Source of the DNA: Acidimicrobiia bacterium
Lineage (GTDB): Bacteria; Actinomycetota; Acidimicrobiia; Spongiisociales; UBA5794
Length of the DNA: 58,669 bases
Assembly: GCA_030064765.1 (NCBI GenBank)
Contig: JASJEG010000001.1
Coordinates: 1 to 58,669 of the forward strand
Direction: 5' to 3'
How positions within the stretch are numbered: position 1 is the first letter of the stretch; the number at the start of each line of letters is the position of its first letter. The position numbers and the translations under genes are program-made. A model generated the notes under the pieces. It was given only the letters and a program-made list of their open reading frames with translations, was not told where the DNA came from and did no database searches. Positions 21,449-30,984 of this stretch are shown here, in pieces.

Positions 21449-22705
21449 CTAGGTACCGGCGCGCAGCGCGTCCACCGGCTCGAGGCGACTCGCCCGCCAT
21501 GAGGGATAAAGACCAGCCACGAGACCGATGAGTGTTCCGCCGGGGACCGCCAGCACAGGCACATACAGATCGAGCACCGGGGTCCATTGCCGTTGCGCTG
21601 AAACCCCGACGATTACAAGGATGCCGAGGCTCGCACCAAGAATCCCGCCGACGAAACCCATTGCCGCTGACTCGGCAAGGAACTGAGCGGCGATGTGGCG
21701 GCGTCGCGCCCCGGTAGCCCGGCGGAGACCTATCTCGCCGACACGCTCCAGCACAGACACCAAGGTCACATTGGCGATACCGATTGCGCCGACGAGCAGG
21801 GCGATCCCTCCCAGAATGAGAAACTGCGAGTCGAGATCCTCACTGACATCCGTCCGCACCCCACCCAGCGGCGGCGGCGCACTCACCCGCAGCTGCTCGG
21901 GGGTGTTGGGGGCCAAAGCAAGGGCCGCTTGTTCTCCGATCAGCTGGGCGGCACCGAGCTCAGTTCGAATGTGGACTTCGGCCGGAGCCTCCGTGTTGAA
22001 GAGAGCACGGGCGGTGCCATCGGGGATGATCACGCTGTTGAGCAATGCCGCCTCCCGGCTCACGTCATCAACGATCCCAACGACGGCCAAGGTCGTTTCC
22101 CCCACAAAGATGGCCGGTTGCTGCTCGACCCTGTTCACGTTCAAGCGAGTCGCCGCCCCAACACCGAGTACTGCAACCGGATCGTGGCGCTCGCTATGGC
22201 CGACATCGAAGAACCTTCCGGTTGCCAGCTCTGCGTTCACCGCATCGAATAGGCCCGGCGACACCGCAAGAACATCCATGGCGAACTCGCTTTGGCCCAG
22301 TGGATCGTTGATCGGAACCGAGCTGACCAGCTCTCCGGCGGTGTCTACCCGAGTCAGCGTCCCCGCCGCCACCACGCCGTTGAGGCGAACCATCCGTTCC
22401 TCGGCATCCCACGGGATAACGGAGATCCCAGTCCGCGGCCCGAAGAACCCGCCCTCCGACCGGTTGGAGACCGAGACCGTAGTCGCCTGCAACTCATCGA
22501 TCCGCGACACGATCTGATTGCCGGATGTCTTCGTCAATCCGAGCGTGGCAACCAGGGCGACGACACCAAGCACCGTGCCGAGGATTGTCAGCATCGTCCG
22601 GCCGGGCCGAGCAAGCATGCCGGAGACAGCCTCCGTTACGAGATCCCGCGTCGACAACCGGGAGCGAACGATGCGATGCGCTGGCTGCACTTTGGCGTCA
22701 CTCAC
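21449..22705 (-). CDS. MacB/FtsX-type ABC transporter permease
   Basis: N-terminal TM helix, a ~230-aa extracytoplasmic domain, and a C-terminal three-TM FtsX module (...YPSWRASRLEPVDALR). Confidence 0.85.
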   Translation of the reverse strand: MSDAKVQPAHRIVRSRLSTRDLVTEAVSGMLARPGRTMLTILGTVLGVVALVATLGLTKTSGNQIVSRIDELQATTVSVSNRSEGGFFGPRTGISVIPWDAEERMVRLNGVVAAGTLTRVDTAGELVSSVPINDPLGQSEFAMDVLAVSPGLFDAVNAELATGRFFDVGHSERHDPVAVLGVGAATRLNVNRVEQQPAIFVGETTLAVVGIVDDVSREAALLNSVIIPDGTARALFNTEAPAEVHIRTELGAAQLIGEQAALALAPNTPEQLRVSAPPPLGGVRTDVSEDLDSQFLILGGIALLVGAIGIANVTLVSVLERVGEIGLRRATGARRRHIAAQFLAESAAMGFVGGILGASLGILVIVGVSAQRQWTPVLDLYVPVLAVPGGTLIGLVAGLYPSWRASRLEPVDALRAGT

Positions 22706-23382
22706 GAGGCGACCTGCTCGATCAGTGTGCCGTCGATCATCTGGACGCGCCTCTCGGCCCGCCGGCTCACGAGTTCCTCATGGGTGATTATCACCAGGGT
22801 CAGGCCGTCGGTCCGCAACTCGTCGAACAGATCCAGTAGCGACTCCGTCGTCTTCGAGTCGAGGTTCCCGGTTGGCTCGTCACAAAGGAGCAAGGTGGGA
22901 CGGGTTGCTATGGCGCGGGCGATGGCAACTCGCTGCCGCTCTCCGCCGGAGAGCTGTCGCGGCGTGAAATCCATCCGATGACCCAAGCCCACCCGCTCGA
23001 GTGCCTCACGAGCCCACCGCCGCCGCACCCGGCGCGGCGTCCGGTTGTAGATGAGCCCGGTCATGACGTTTTCGACAACCGACCGGTACGGCAGGAGGTG
23101 GAACGCCTGGAACACAAAGCCGACCTCGCTGCCTCGCAGCGAGGTACGCAACCCATCGCTGAGCGAACCCGTATCGAGGCCAAGGAGTCGGTAGACGCCG
23201 GAGGTAGGTCGGTCGAGGCAACCGAGGATGTGGAGAAGCGTTGACTTGCCGGAGCCGGAGGGTCCGACGATCGCCATGTAGTCTCCCGCTTCCACATCGA
23301 GATCAACGTGCCTGACGGCTTCCACCGGGGGTGTCCCGGGAAAGGTCCTACTGACCCCTTCCAGTTCGACCACCCGGTTCAT
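22702..23382 (-). CDS. ABC transporter ATP-binding protein (MacB/LolD-like)
   Basis: [37 protein letters not shown]. Confidence 0.95.
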   Translation of the reverse strand: MNRVVELEGVSRTFPGTPPVEAVRHVDLDVEAGDYMAIVGPSGSGKSTLLHILGCLDRPTSGVYRLLGLDTGSLSDGLRTSLRGSEVGFVFQAFHLLPYRSVVENVMTGLIYNRTPRRVRRRWAREALERVGLGHRMDFTPRQLSGGERQRVAIARAIATRPTLLLCDEPTGNLDSKTTESLLDLFDELRTDGLTLVIITHEELVSRRAERRVQMIDGTLIEQVAS

Positions 23383-24938
23383 GCGTCCTCAGGCTCCTCG
23401 GTGCCCTCACTCTGCTGGCCGCCCCGGCTCAGCCCGACAACAACACGGTCGCCTTCGGCGAGTTCGCCGTCAACGACGCTGATCTCAACCATTCCACCCG
23501 GAGCGGACAAGCCTGGGATGACTGCAACGTCGCGAGTGCTGCCATCGGGATTCTCGACGGTGACGATGGTGTCACCGCTTCCCGTAGCCGACAGCGCCGC
23601 AGCAGGGACTGCAAGCACCTCGCCACCCGATGAGCGGGTCGCAACCGGGATTGTGATCTTCACATTGGTGTTGTTCAGTTCGGCGCGGACCTCGTCAGGC
23701 AGAATCTCGACGTAGATCTCATCAAAGGCGACACCATTAGTCCCCGGTGTGCTCGCCTTTACTGAGATCGTGCCCTCGAGTTCGATGTTGAGCCGACTCA
23801 GCTCGATGACCACCCGGTCGCCTTCCTCGATTAGCTCGCCTTCATCGATGGACACCTGCGAGTCGATCGCGAGCCGCGATCCGGAGACCTGCATCAACTC
23901 CCCGCCGGCGACATCGCCACGCTGCACCGCAACGCTGTCGACCCGGATCGGAAAGACCTTGAAGAACAGGAACTCACCGTCGGGAACGATCGGCCCCAGT
24001 TGGCTCTTGACCTCGGCCAGGTCCTCCAGAGCTTTGTTCAATGCCTTGCGCTCGGGACCGATGTCCTGTGTCGGGCCGATTGCGGCGGCTTCGCCCTGGG
24101 CGACCTGGAGGGCCTCAGCGGTGGTCGCCACAGCCCCTTCGGCGTCGGATACAGCCGCCTCCAGTACCGCTATCTCATCGGTAGTTGGCGGCAGACCGGT
24201 ATCTGGGTGAGTGCCTTCGAGCGCTAGCTGCAAACGCTCTTGGGCAAGTTCGAGATTCTCTTCGGCAGCGGCAAAGTCTGCCGCTGCCGTGGTGACTGCA
24301 CGTTGCGCGGTCTCCACGGCTGCGTTGTGCGCCTTGACCGCGTTGTAGGCCTGCCGAGCACCATCGACAATCTCCTCGTTCACTTCTACCTGATCGAGCA
24401 ACGCGTCATCCGGCCCGATCGGCTCGTAGCCGCCAGCCGTATAGAAGCCGCGGAGGGCGCCCGCCGTGTCGGGGCCATAGATGCCGTCAACGACTCCTGG
24501 ATCGTGGCCCAGCCCGGCAAGCGCCGTCTGTAGCTGAGCGATGTCCTCGCCGCGATCGCCGGGACGCACCGTGCGGAACAGGGGAAGATCTCCTTGCAGG
24601 GCGAATGTCGGCCTACCGGCCAGCTCGAAGAGAAGCGAACCCTCGTCCAGCTCCTCGCCGACGTCGGGGACCCACGTAACGACGGGCGTCAGTTCGGGCA
24701 CTGCCAGCTGCGGCGTCATCACCGCCTCGGGTTCGTCGAAGCGCACCGTACCCCTGGTGACCACATCGTTGGCAATGACCATGCGAGCAACCTCGACGGT
24801 GATCAGGGAGGCTTCGGGCGGCTCGGTCTCGGCGGCGATTTGCGCCGGAGACTTGATCCGGCTCCCGGCTACCCACCCCACTGCGGCTGCGGCCACAACG
24901 ACCAACAACGTCACTACCAGCAGGATCCGACGGCTCAA
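23379..24938 (-). CDS. Periplasmic-adaptor (HlyD/MacA-like) protein with PG_binding_1 domain
   Basis: N-terminal TM helix. Putative peptidoglycan-binding repeat GEDIAQLQTALAGLGHDPGVVDGIYGPDTAGALRGFY. A coiled-coil segment and C-terminal beta-barrel-like segments follow. Confidence 0.75.
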   Translation of the reverse strand: MSRRILLVVTLLVVVAAAAVGWVAGSRIKSPAQIAAETEPPEASLITVEVARMVIANDVVTRGTVRFDEPEAVMTPQLAVPELTPVVTWVPDVGEELDEGSLLFELAGRPTFALQGDLPLFRTVRPGDRGEDIAQLQTALAGLGHDPGVVDGIYGPDTAGALRGFYTAGGYEPIGPDDALLDQVEVNEEIVDGARQAYNAVKAHNAAVETAQRAVTTAAADFAAAEENLELAQERLQLALEGTHPDTGLPPTTDEIAVLEAAVSDAEGAVATTAEALQVAQGEAAAIGPTQDIGPERKALNKALEDLAEVKSQLGPIVPDGEFLFFKVFPIRVDSVAVQRGDVAGGELMQVSGSRLAIDSQVSIDEGELIEEGDRVVIELSRLNIELEGTISVKASTPGTNGVAFDEIYVEILPDEVRAELNNTNVKITIPVATRSSGGEVLAVPAAALSATGSGDTIVTVENPDGSTRDVAVIPGLSAPGGMVEISVVDGELAEGDRVVVGLSRGGQQSEGTEEPEDA

Positions 24939-24993
24939 GCTCTATCCCCTGCGATCAACTCGTTTCACCGGTAGAAACGATACCGCTGCTCAA

Positions 24994-26166
24994 CTACGAG
25001 TTCGCTTCTTTGAATGCAAGTAGTCGGTCCATGTTCTGCTCGATGAACTGACGTTCGAGATCTTTGTAGATCTCCTCCCACAGCTCGTACATGTCCTGGG
25101 AACATTCGTAGTTTGCTGTGGCCACCGCAATCTCTTCATCGATCAGCGGTTGCAGCAACTCGATGTCGTACTGCGGACCAAAGAGGCTCGGATCGAAGTC
25201 CGGCTCTTCGCCCTCCTCCAGGTCCTCCCAGAGGGACGGGTCGGGCTCGGGCCAAGTTACGATCTCGTCGACTCGCTGCTGGAACTCACCCACGCCGTAT
25301 TCATCACCGTAGAAGTATGAGTACATCTCTTGTTCGTTGGCGTAGTCATGGCCCTTGTCCGCCATGCAGGAAGACCACTCGTTCTGGGATTCAACGATCC
25401 GCGGATCGGACTGGGCTCGCTCGTAGAAAGCGTCCAGGTCATCGCCAAACTCCTGGTAGAAGGCATCGGCTTCCCCTGAGCCCCACAGGGTCTCGTAGGC
25501 TTCGTTGAAACAGCCGTCAGGCTCCCAGTTGGCATAAGCCTCGTCATAAAAGGCTTCCTGCTCTTCTGGAGTCATCGCCTCGATCTCTTCCCAAGGAGTG
25601 TCTTGGATGATCTCGGGTTCACTGCCGTGGAGTAGCCGGTAGTACTCCTCGCGCTCGGCGTCGTCCATCGCATCGACGATGTCCTGGTTCGGATCGTTGG
25701 CCCAGGGGTCGGACTCCTCGTCGTACATGAAGTTCTCTTCCTCGAGAACCCAGGTGGCGATACCAAAGCCGTATTCCTTGACGTAGGTCTCTTCATCCCA
25801 ATCGTCATAGCCGAAGCCGCCACCGATATCGCTCGGTACGAACGGAATGTACTCAAAGCCCTCGGCCGCCATGCACTCTGCGACCATCTGCTGCGCCTGC
25901 AACTCCTGGGCGCGCCAATCCTGTTCCTCGAAGGCGGTTGGATCGAACCCAGGGATGAAGTCGTTGAGCGTTAGCTCGGCGTCGTCACCGCTACCGCCGG
26001 TTGCGGGCGGCGGCGTCTCATTATCGCCGCCATCCTCTCCGTCGGTTTGGGCCTGCTGCGTTGCAGCCGCGTCATCATCGGCCTGCTCAGTTTCTGTCGT
26101 GGTTCCCCCGCAAGCAGCAACCACGAGTGCCAGGACCGCAAAGATCAGGAGAAACCGTTTCACCAC
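24994..26166 (-). CDS. Highly acidic, Trp/Tyr-rich secreted lipoprotein (unknown family)
   Basis: Lipobox LALVVAACGG and a very high Asp/Glu content. There are four mature Cys residues, in the contexts ECMAAEGFEY, DGCFNEAY, SSCMADKGHDY and YECSQDMY. Confidence 0.6.
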   Translation of the reverse strand: MVKRFLLIFAVLALVVAACGGTTTETEQADDDAAATQQAQTDGEDGGDNETPPPATGGSGDDAELTLNDFIPGFDPTAFEEQDWRAQELQAQQMVAECMAAEGFEYIPFVPSDIGGGFGYDDWDEETYVKEYGFGIATWVLEEENFMYDEESDPWANDPNQDIVDAMDDAEREEYYRLLHGSEPEIIQDTPWEEIEAMTPEEQEAFYDEAYANWEPDGCFNEAYETLWGSGEADAFYQEFGDDLDAFYERAQSDPRIVESQNEWSSCMADKGHDYANEQEMYSYFYGDEYGVGEFQQRVDEIVTWPEPDPSLWEDLEEGEEPDFDPSLFGPQYDIELLQPLIDEEIAVATANYECSQDMYELWEEIYKDLERQFIEQNMDRLLAFKEANS

Positions 26167-26226
26167 GTCACCTCCCAGTGATATCTAAAGGCTACTCGCA
26201 ATCGGCCTCTTCGTACTCTCCGGCGG

Positions 26227-27042
26227 CTACACGGTTCCGGCCTCGATTGCGGCGACCCGAGCCTCCCCCTCGCCCCCACATACGACCGCGAGTTGCACGG
26301 CACCTCTGCGCAACACGTCTGCTACATCCGCAAACAGCGTTCCATCGGCGAGCTTTGCGTGCAGGGCATCGCCGGGACAGGTGGTACTGGCAAGGTCGCG
26401 ATGCCCTCGAATCGCCGTCGGATCGATGCCGTACTGGGCGGCTCCCCACGCCAACATCCTGACCAGCATCGTGTACTGGTCAGCCGGGACAGTCTGCTCA
26501 TCGAAGTGACCCTCGCAGCAAATCAGGAGGTGACCCGTCGTGTCGTACTCGGTGGCAGTGTCGCCGATAGCCGTCACCGGCCGGCCCTCGTACACGTTGC
26601 CGCGGGCATCTATCAGGTAGTGGTAGGCCAGGTCGGGCCAGCTCAGGCTCTGGTGGTAGGCCTGGTGCTGCCGAGCCCGGGCCGGAGCATCCCGGTTGTC
26701 TTCCAGCAACACTGCGGTGTGATGCACGGTGATCTGGTCGATCTGGTGTTCGCGGAATTCACCGGCAACTGGTTGGGCCCTCCATGCTTCCTTGCAGATG
26801 ACTTCGATCGCGTCGGTGGGAGGATTGGTCGTCGTAGTCGTGCTTGTAGTCGTAGTGGTCGGCGCGGAAGTCGTCGCCGCGGCGGCCGGATTCGTGGTCG
26901 GTTCTGTGGTCGGTACAGCTGACGTCTGGGCAACCGAAGCTTGGTCGCTTCTGACGCCGCAGGCGGCCGCAACGACCGCAACGGCCGCAGCTCCCAGCAT
27001 CGCTAGGAATCGGCGGCGGTCCTGAGAGTCTGCGTGTCTCAT
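26227..27042 (-). CDS. N-acetylmuramoyl-L-alanine amidase (Amidase_2/PGRP fold), Tat-lipoprotein signal
   Basis: Twin-arginine signal RRRFLAMLGAAAVAVVAAACG, then ITVHHTAVL...AYHYLIDARGNVYEGRP...GHLLICCEGHF. Confidence 0.8.
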   Translation of the reverse strand: MRHADSQDRRRFLAMLGAAAVAVVAAACGVRSDQASVAQTSAVPTTEPTTNPAAAATTSAPTTTTTSTTTTTNPPTDAIEVICKEAWRAQPVAGEFREHQIDQITVHHTAVLLEDNRDAPARARQHQAYHQSLSWPDLAYHYLIDARGNVYEGRPVTAIGDTATEYDTTGHLLICCEGHFDEQTVPADQYTMLVRMLAWGAAQYGIDPTAIRGHRDLASTTCPGDALHAKLADGTLFADVADVLRRGAVQLAVVCGGEGEARVAAIEAGTV

Positions 27043-28970
27043 GAGGCCGACTCGATTGCGCCCAAGCTGGGGGCGATCGCTGAACGTGTGAAGCCAAGGA
27101 AGTCGATGATGACACCGGGTAGCGACTCACCGTTCCCGAGCGCCGGACTCCCCGGTGCCGGCCGGTAGCGACCCACGGCATCGCTGATGCCACCCAGCCC
27201 GGTGACGCTTGGTGAGACCACGACGCTGTCGAGCTCGCCGGGGCCGACGACAATATCTGTGGGCTGCGGGAATGGGGGAATGCCCGGTGTCGCGCTTCCC
27301 GAGTTGTGGAACGCCCCAGCCCATAGTTGCGGACCGAAGCTGATCGTTGCTGCGCCTCCGTCATTCCTGGCGTATTGCGGATCTCCTCCGGTGCCCACAA
27401 CGAGGTTGTTGCTGATGTGGACGTTGTCGTTGCCGCTCGAGCCGCCGGAAGAGTTGTTGCCGTTCTGCAGACGGAACACCGCAAAGGCGCTCTGGGTCAC
27501 AATCGTGTTGTTGTAGACATATGCACCGTCGACCCCCCTGATCTCGACCGCGGAGTCGTCGAAGTCTGCGATCAGGTTGTTGCGTGCGGTCTGATTGACG
27601 CCTTCCCACGCCGGGTGGGCCGGATCCCAGAAGGCTGCGCCCGTATTGCCACCGAGCTGCAAGGCCGCGTTGGCCCGAATGCCCCTGATGAGATTGCCCT
27701 CGATGAGGATGTCCGACGAGCCACCTTTGAAGAATATGCCGTGACTTCCGGCCGCGTTGTCGTGGATGTCATTCCCAATCACAACCGCGCCGGCAACACC
27801 AACACCATCGATGATTGCGTTGTTGATGGCCTCGCTGACATCGTTGTTTTCTAGGCAGATTGTGCCAACACCGGCGCCTTGGGGATTGTTGCGGTTGATC
27901 TTGATCGCGGCCCCCGGTCCCCAGGCGAGATCATGAATGACCGTGTCGGCAACGTGGACGTGGTGGACGTCTTCGGACCCTGGGGCGATGTGGAGGTTGT
28001 TGCCACCTCCATTGCGGATGTCGACTCCTTGCAGTGAAACGTACGAAGCGCCGATTCGGAACTCGCCAGCGCCGTTCAGATCGATGATTGGGGTTGTGCC
28101 GGGAGCTGCCTTGATGTGGATCCAGGCCGCCGGAAGACCGGATTGAGTAATTGCCACGTTGCCACCGGGACGATGCACACCAGCCTCCAGGACAATATGG
28201 TCCCCGGGACGCGCATCGGCAAAGGCCTCACCAAGCGTGGGTGATTCGCCAGGACGAACGATTATCTGGCGGTTGGGCACGGTACCGGAGTCCGGCCGCA
28301 CACAGTTGGATGCGGTTGATGGAGGGATCAGGGGTGCCAGTCCAAGTGCTCGCCCCAGAAACGAGGCCATTTGGTCGCGTCGCACGGGATCGGAGGGGCA
28401 GTACCGGGTGTTGGTCGGCGGGTTGCAGCCCAGTGTGACTCCGGCATTTCGCAACCGATCGATGTCCTGTTCGAAGATCGACCCATCGTCATCCGTGAAC
28501 CAGTCACCGGCACCCGGGTCGTCGTATCCGAAAGCCCTGACCAAGAAGGCCGCCATCTGGTCACGGGTTACGTCGCCATTTGGGCAGTACCGGTCGTTCG
28601 CCGGCGGATTGCAGCCTCGGGTCACGCCCGCGGCTGCAAGGGCGTTGATGTCACCCTCGAACAGTGAGCCGTTGTCATCCATGAAGTAGTCGGTGCTAGC
28701 CGGTGCCAACCCGAGCGCGCGAACCAGGAAGGCTGCCATCTGCCCTCGAGTAACCAAGGCAGTCGGGCAGTACCGATCGTTGATAGGCGGGTTGCAACCC
28801 GTGGTGACGCCGGCTTCCTTGATGGCCTCGATGTAGCCCTCGTGGATGTTCCCGTCGTCGTCTACGAAGGAACCGCCAGGCGGAAGATCGGCCAAGGCGG
28901 CAGTCGGTGCCAGCAGCGCCAGCAGTGCCGTCACCAGAGTCAGCGAGCGCGCCCATCGATACGGAAACAT
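27039..28970 (-). CDS. Secreted protein: three SLH-like ~60-aa repeats plus a right-handed parallel beta-helix domain
   Basis: The motif (F.DD.GSI.E.DI..L..AGVT.GCNPP.N.RYCP...VTR.QMA.FL.RALG) occurs three times. Beta-helix repeats follow (NNDVSEAINNAIIDGVGV...IGNDIHDNAAGSHGIFFKG...). 4-nt overlap with the amidase gene. Confidence 0.7.
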   Translation of the reverse strand: MFPYRWARSLTLVTALLALLAPTAALADLPPGGSFVDDDGNIHEGYIEAIKEAGVTTGCNPPINDRYCPTALVTRGQMAAFLVRALGLAPASTDYFMDDNGSLFEGDINALAAAGVTRGCNPPANDRYCPNGDVTRDQMAAFLVRAFGYDDPGAGDWFTDDDGSIFEQDIDRLRNAGVTLGCNPPTNTRYCPSDPVRRDQMASFLGRALGLAPLIPPSTASNCVRPDSGTVPNRQIIVRPGESPTLGEAFADARPGDHIVLEAGVHRPGGNVAITQSGLPAAWIHIKAAPGTTPIIDLNGAGEFRIGASYVSLQGVDIRNGGGNNLHIAPGSEDVHHVHVADTVIHDLAWGPGAAIKINRNNPQGAGVGTICLENNDVSEAINNAIIDGVGVAGAVVIGNDIHDNAAGSHGIFFKGGSSDILIEGNLIRGIRANAALQLGGNTGAAFWDPAHPAWEGVNQTARNNLIADFDDSAVEIRGVDGAYVYNNTIVTQSAFAVFRLQNGNNSSGGSSGNDNVHISNNLVVGTGGDPQYARNDGGAATISFGPQLWAGAFHNSGSATPGIPPFPQPTDIVVGPGELDSVVVSPSVTGLGGISDAVGRYRPAPGSPALGNGESLPGVIIDFLGFTRSAIAPSLGAIESAS

Positions 28971-28997
28971 AGCCAGCAGTATTGCAAGCGCCGGTAG

Positions 28998-29414
28998 CTA
29001 ATTGGTGTTGACCACGTGGTGGGCGGTCTGGGTCAATCGCGCGTCGAGGTAGCTCCGGAGTGGTTCGGCCACGGCCACGTCGGCCAGTGCTCCCCGCATA
29101 CAGCGCAGCCACTCCTCAGCTTCACTGGAACCTATGGCGAAAGGAATGTGGCGCATCCTGAGGCGAGGGTGTCCCTTGCGTTCCATGTAGAGCTGCGGTC
29201 CGCCCATCCATCCGCTGAGAAACTCGAACAGATTGCGCCGCGAGTTGCTGTCGTCGGCAGGGTGCATGGCGCGGAGCGCAGGCGAGTCGGCTGCGATGCG
29301 GTCGTAGAAGCGGTCGACGAGAACTCGCAGCACGGTCTCCCCACCGAGTTCCTCATATGGGGACGGTGCATCCCCCCACGGATTCGCCGTTTCTGGGGCC
29401 GAATCGGGCAGCAT
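28998..29414 (-). CDS. glbO: Group II truncated hemoglobin
   Basis: YEELGGETVLRVLVDRFYDRI...FLSGWMGGPQLYMERKGHPRLRMRHIPFAIG trHbO signature. Confidence 0.85.
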   Translation of the reverse strand: MLPDSAPETANPWGDAPSPYEELGGETVLRVLVDRFYDRIAADSPALRAMHPADDSNSRRNLFEFLSGWMGGPQLYMERKGHPRLRMRHIPFAIGSSEAEEWLRCMRGALADVAVAEPLRSYLDARLTQTAHHVVNTN

Positions 29415-29876
29415 CTAGTGCTCGAGGTCGGCGAGGTCGGTTGCGAGTAGATCGCGGGCCGACGAGTCCTGGACCTGTTCCAACAACTCCTTGGCACGAT
29501 CGATGTGGCTTCTAGCCTCCTCACGATTTCCGGCCAGCTGTGCTGCCCGCGCCAGCGCCTCATGTCCGTAACCGACGTAGAACGCGTCGAGGTCGGCCGA
29601 AGCGGCCACTTCGAGAGCACGCCTTCCGTAACGCTCGGCGAGATCGGGAAGGCCCAGCACGGCCGCTACTCGCGATACTTGCCAATCGCTGACCGAGAAG
29701 TTCTTCGCCTCGCCTATCTCGCGCCAGTGATAGCGCGACGCAAACGCCGCGGTGAGCATCTCGGCATCCTCGGCGTCGGTCCGCACATCCTTGTCGAGGA
29801 GCTCCCAGGTTCGATTGAATAGCTCGATCGCAACTTGGCGGTGGCTGGCAGCCTCGAGCGAAGTCTCCTTGGCCAT
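29415..29876 (-). CDS. Hypothetical all-helical (TPR-like) protein
   Basis: A 153-aa coding-like ORF that abuts glbO with no gap. Helical repeat character; no family assigned. Confidence 0.55.
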   Translation of the reverse strand: MAKETSLEAASHRQVAIELFNRTWELLDKDVRTDAEDAEMLTAAFASRYHWREIGEAKNFSVSDWQVSRVAAVLGLPDLAERYGRRALEVAASADLDAFYVGYGHEALARAAQLAGNREEARSHIDRAKELLEQVQDSSARDLLATDLADLEH

Positions 29877-29989
29877 ACGTCCTCCTGCGTTGTTCCGAAT
29901 CTACCGCAGCGCCCCAGCCGACGCACCGCCGACCACCCAGCGGTGGGCCGAAGACTTCGGGATTACAAAGGGGCATGAAGTAGGTTGTA

Positions 29990-30835
29990 ATGGTCATGAG
30001 CGACGCCACAACAATGCCCGTTTGCTACCGGCACCCGGACCGGCCGACCTACCTTGCGTGCAGCGAGTGCGGTCGGAGCATTTGCCCGGACTGCTCCCAC
30101 GACGCTCCCGTCGGGCAGAAGTGCCCCGAGTGCGTGCGCGAGGCGGGCCGACAGCGCGTTGTCAACGCCAGAGCCATCAACGCCGGCCCCTCGTTCCAAA
30201 CGAATCCCGTGGTGTTCTCTTTGATCGCAATAAACGTCGTGATCTACGTCCTCGGATTGGCTTCATCCAGCTTGAGGTTTGACCTGCTGGTGAACTTTGC
30301 GGCTTCGAGCCGCGCCTTCGAAGCCGGCGAGTGGTGGCGTGGTTTGACCGCAGCGTTCCTCCACGGTGGAACCATGCACATCCTGTTCAACATGTACTTC
30401 CTCTACATCTTCGGACCACGACTCGAGCGTCAGGTGGGGTCGGTTGCGTTTTCCGGCATATACCTCGCCAGTGCGGCCGGTGGGAGCCTCGCCACCTATC
30501 TATTCGGACCCGCCAACGCTCTCAGCGTTGGCGCCTCGGGTGCACTCTTCGGCCTCTTTGGGGCGTGGCTCTATGCGGCCTACCGGCAACGTGGCACGGC
30601 AGCAGGCAGCGCGATGTTCAACCAGCTAGGCGTCATTCTCCTCATCAATATGGCGTTGCCGCTGTTCATTCCCAACATCGACTGGCGCGCCCACCTGGGT
30701 GGACTCGTCACCGGCATCGTCGTGGCATTCCTCTGGGAGCAGCTTGCGGCCGGTCGCGAAGACGCACGCCGGATGCGCGCCATCGTTTCCTTTGCGATCC
30801 TCATCGCAGTACTCGCAATGCTGGCGGTGCTCTGA
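29990..30835 (+). CDS. Rhomboid family intramembrane serine protease with N-terminal zinc-ribbon
   Basis: CYRHPDRPTYLACSECGRSICPDC...CPEC, then a rhomboid core with HGGTMHILFNM and the GASGALFGLFGA catalytic Ser motif. Confidence 0.85.
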   Translation: MVMSDATTMPVCYRHPDRPTYLACSECGRSICPDCSHDAPVGQKCPECVREAGRQRVVNARAINAGPSFQTNPVVFSLIAINVVIYVLGLASSSLRFDLLVNFAASSRAFEAGEWWRGLTAAFLHGGTMHILFNMYFLYIFGPRLERQVGSVAFSGIYLASAAGGSLATYLFGPANALSVGASGALFGLFGAWLYAAYRQRGTAAGSAMFNQLGVILLINMALPLFIPNIDWRAHLGGLVTGIVVAFLWEQLAAGREDARRMRAIVSFAILIAVLAMLAVL

Positions 30836-30984
30836 GCAGCCGCTGTGGCTCTCCGTCTCCGCTATCGCGGTGACTAGTCCGTGCTGACACCTCGAAGGTG
30901 GTGTTTAAGTCTGGTCGCCTGGTGCCGACAGACATAGACAAGTGGATAGGTGGGCTGATACACCTGCCCGCAGGCAACCGATAG

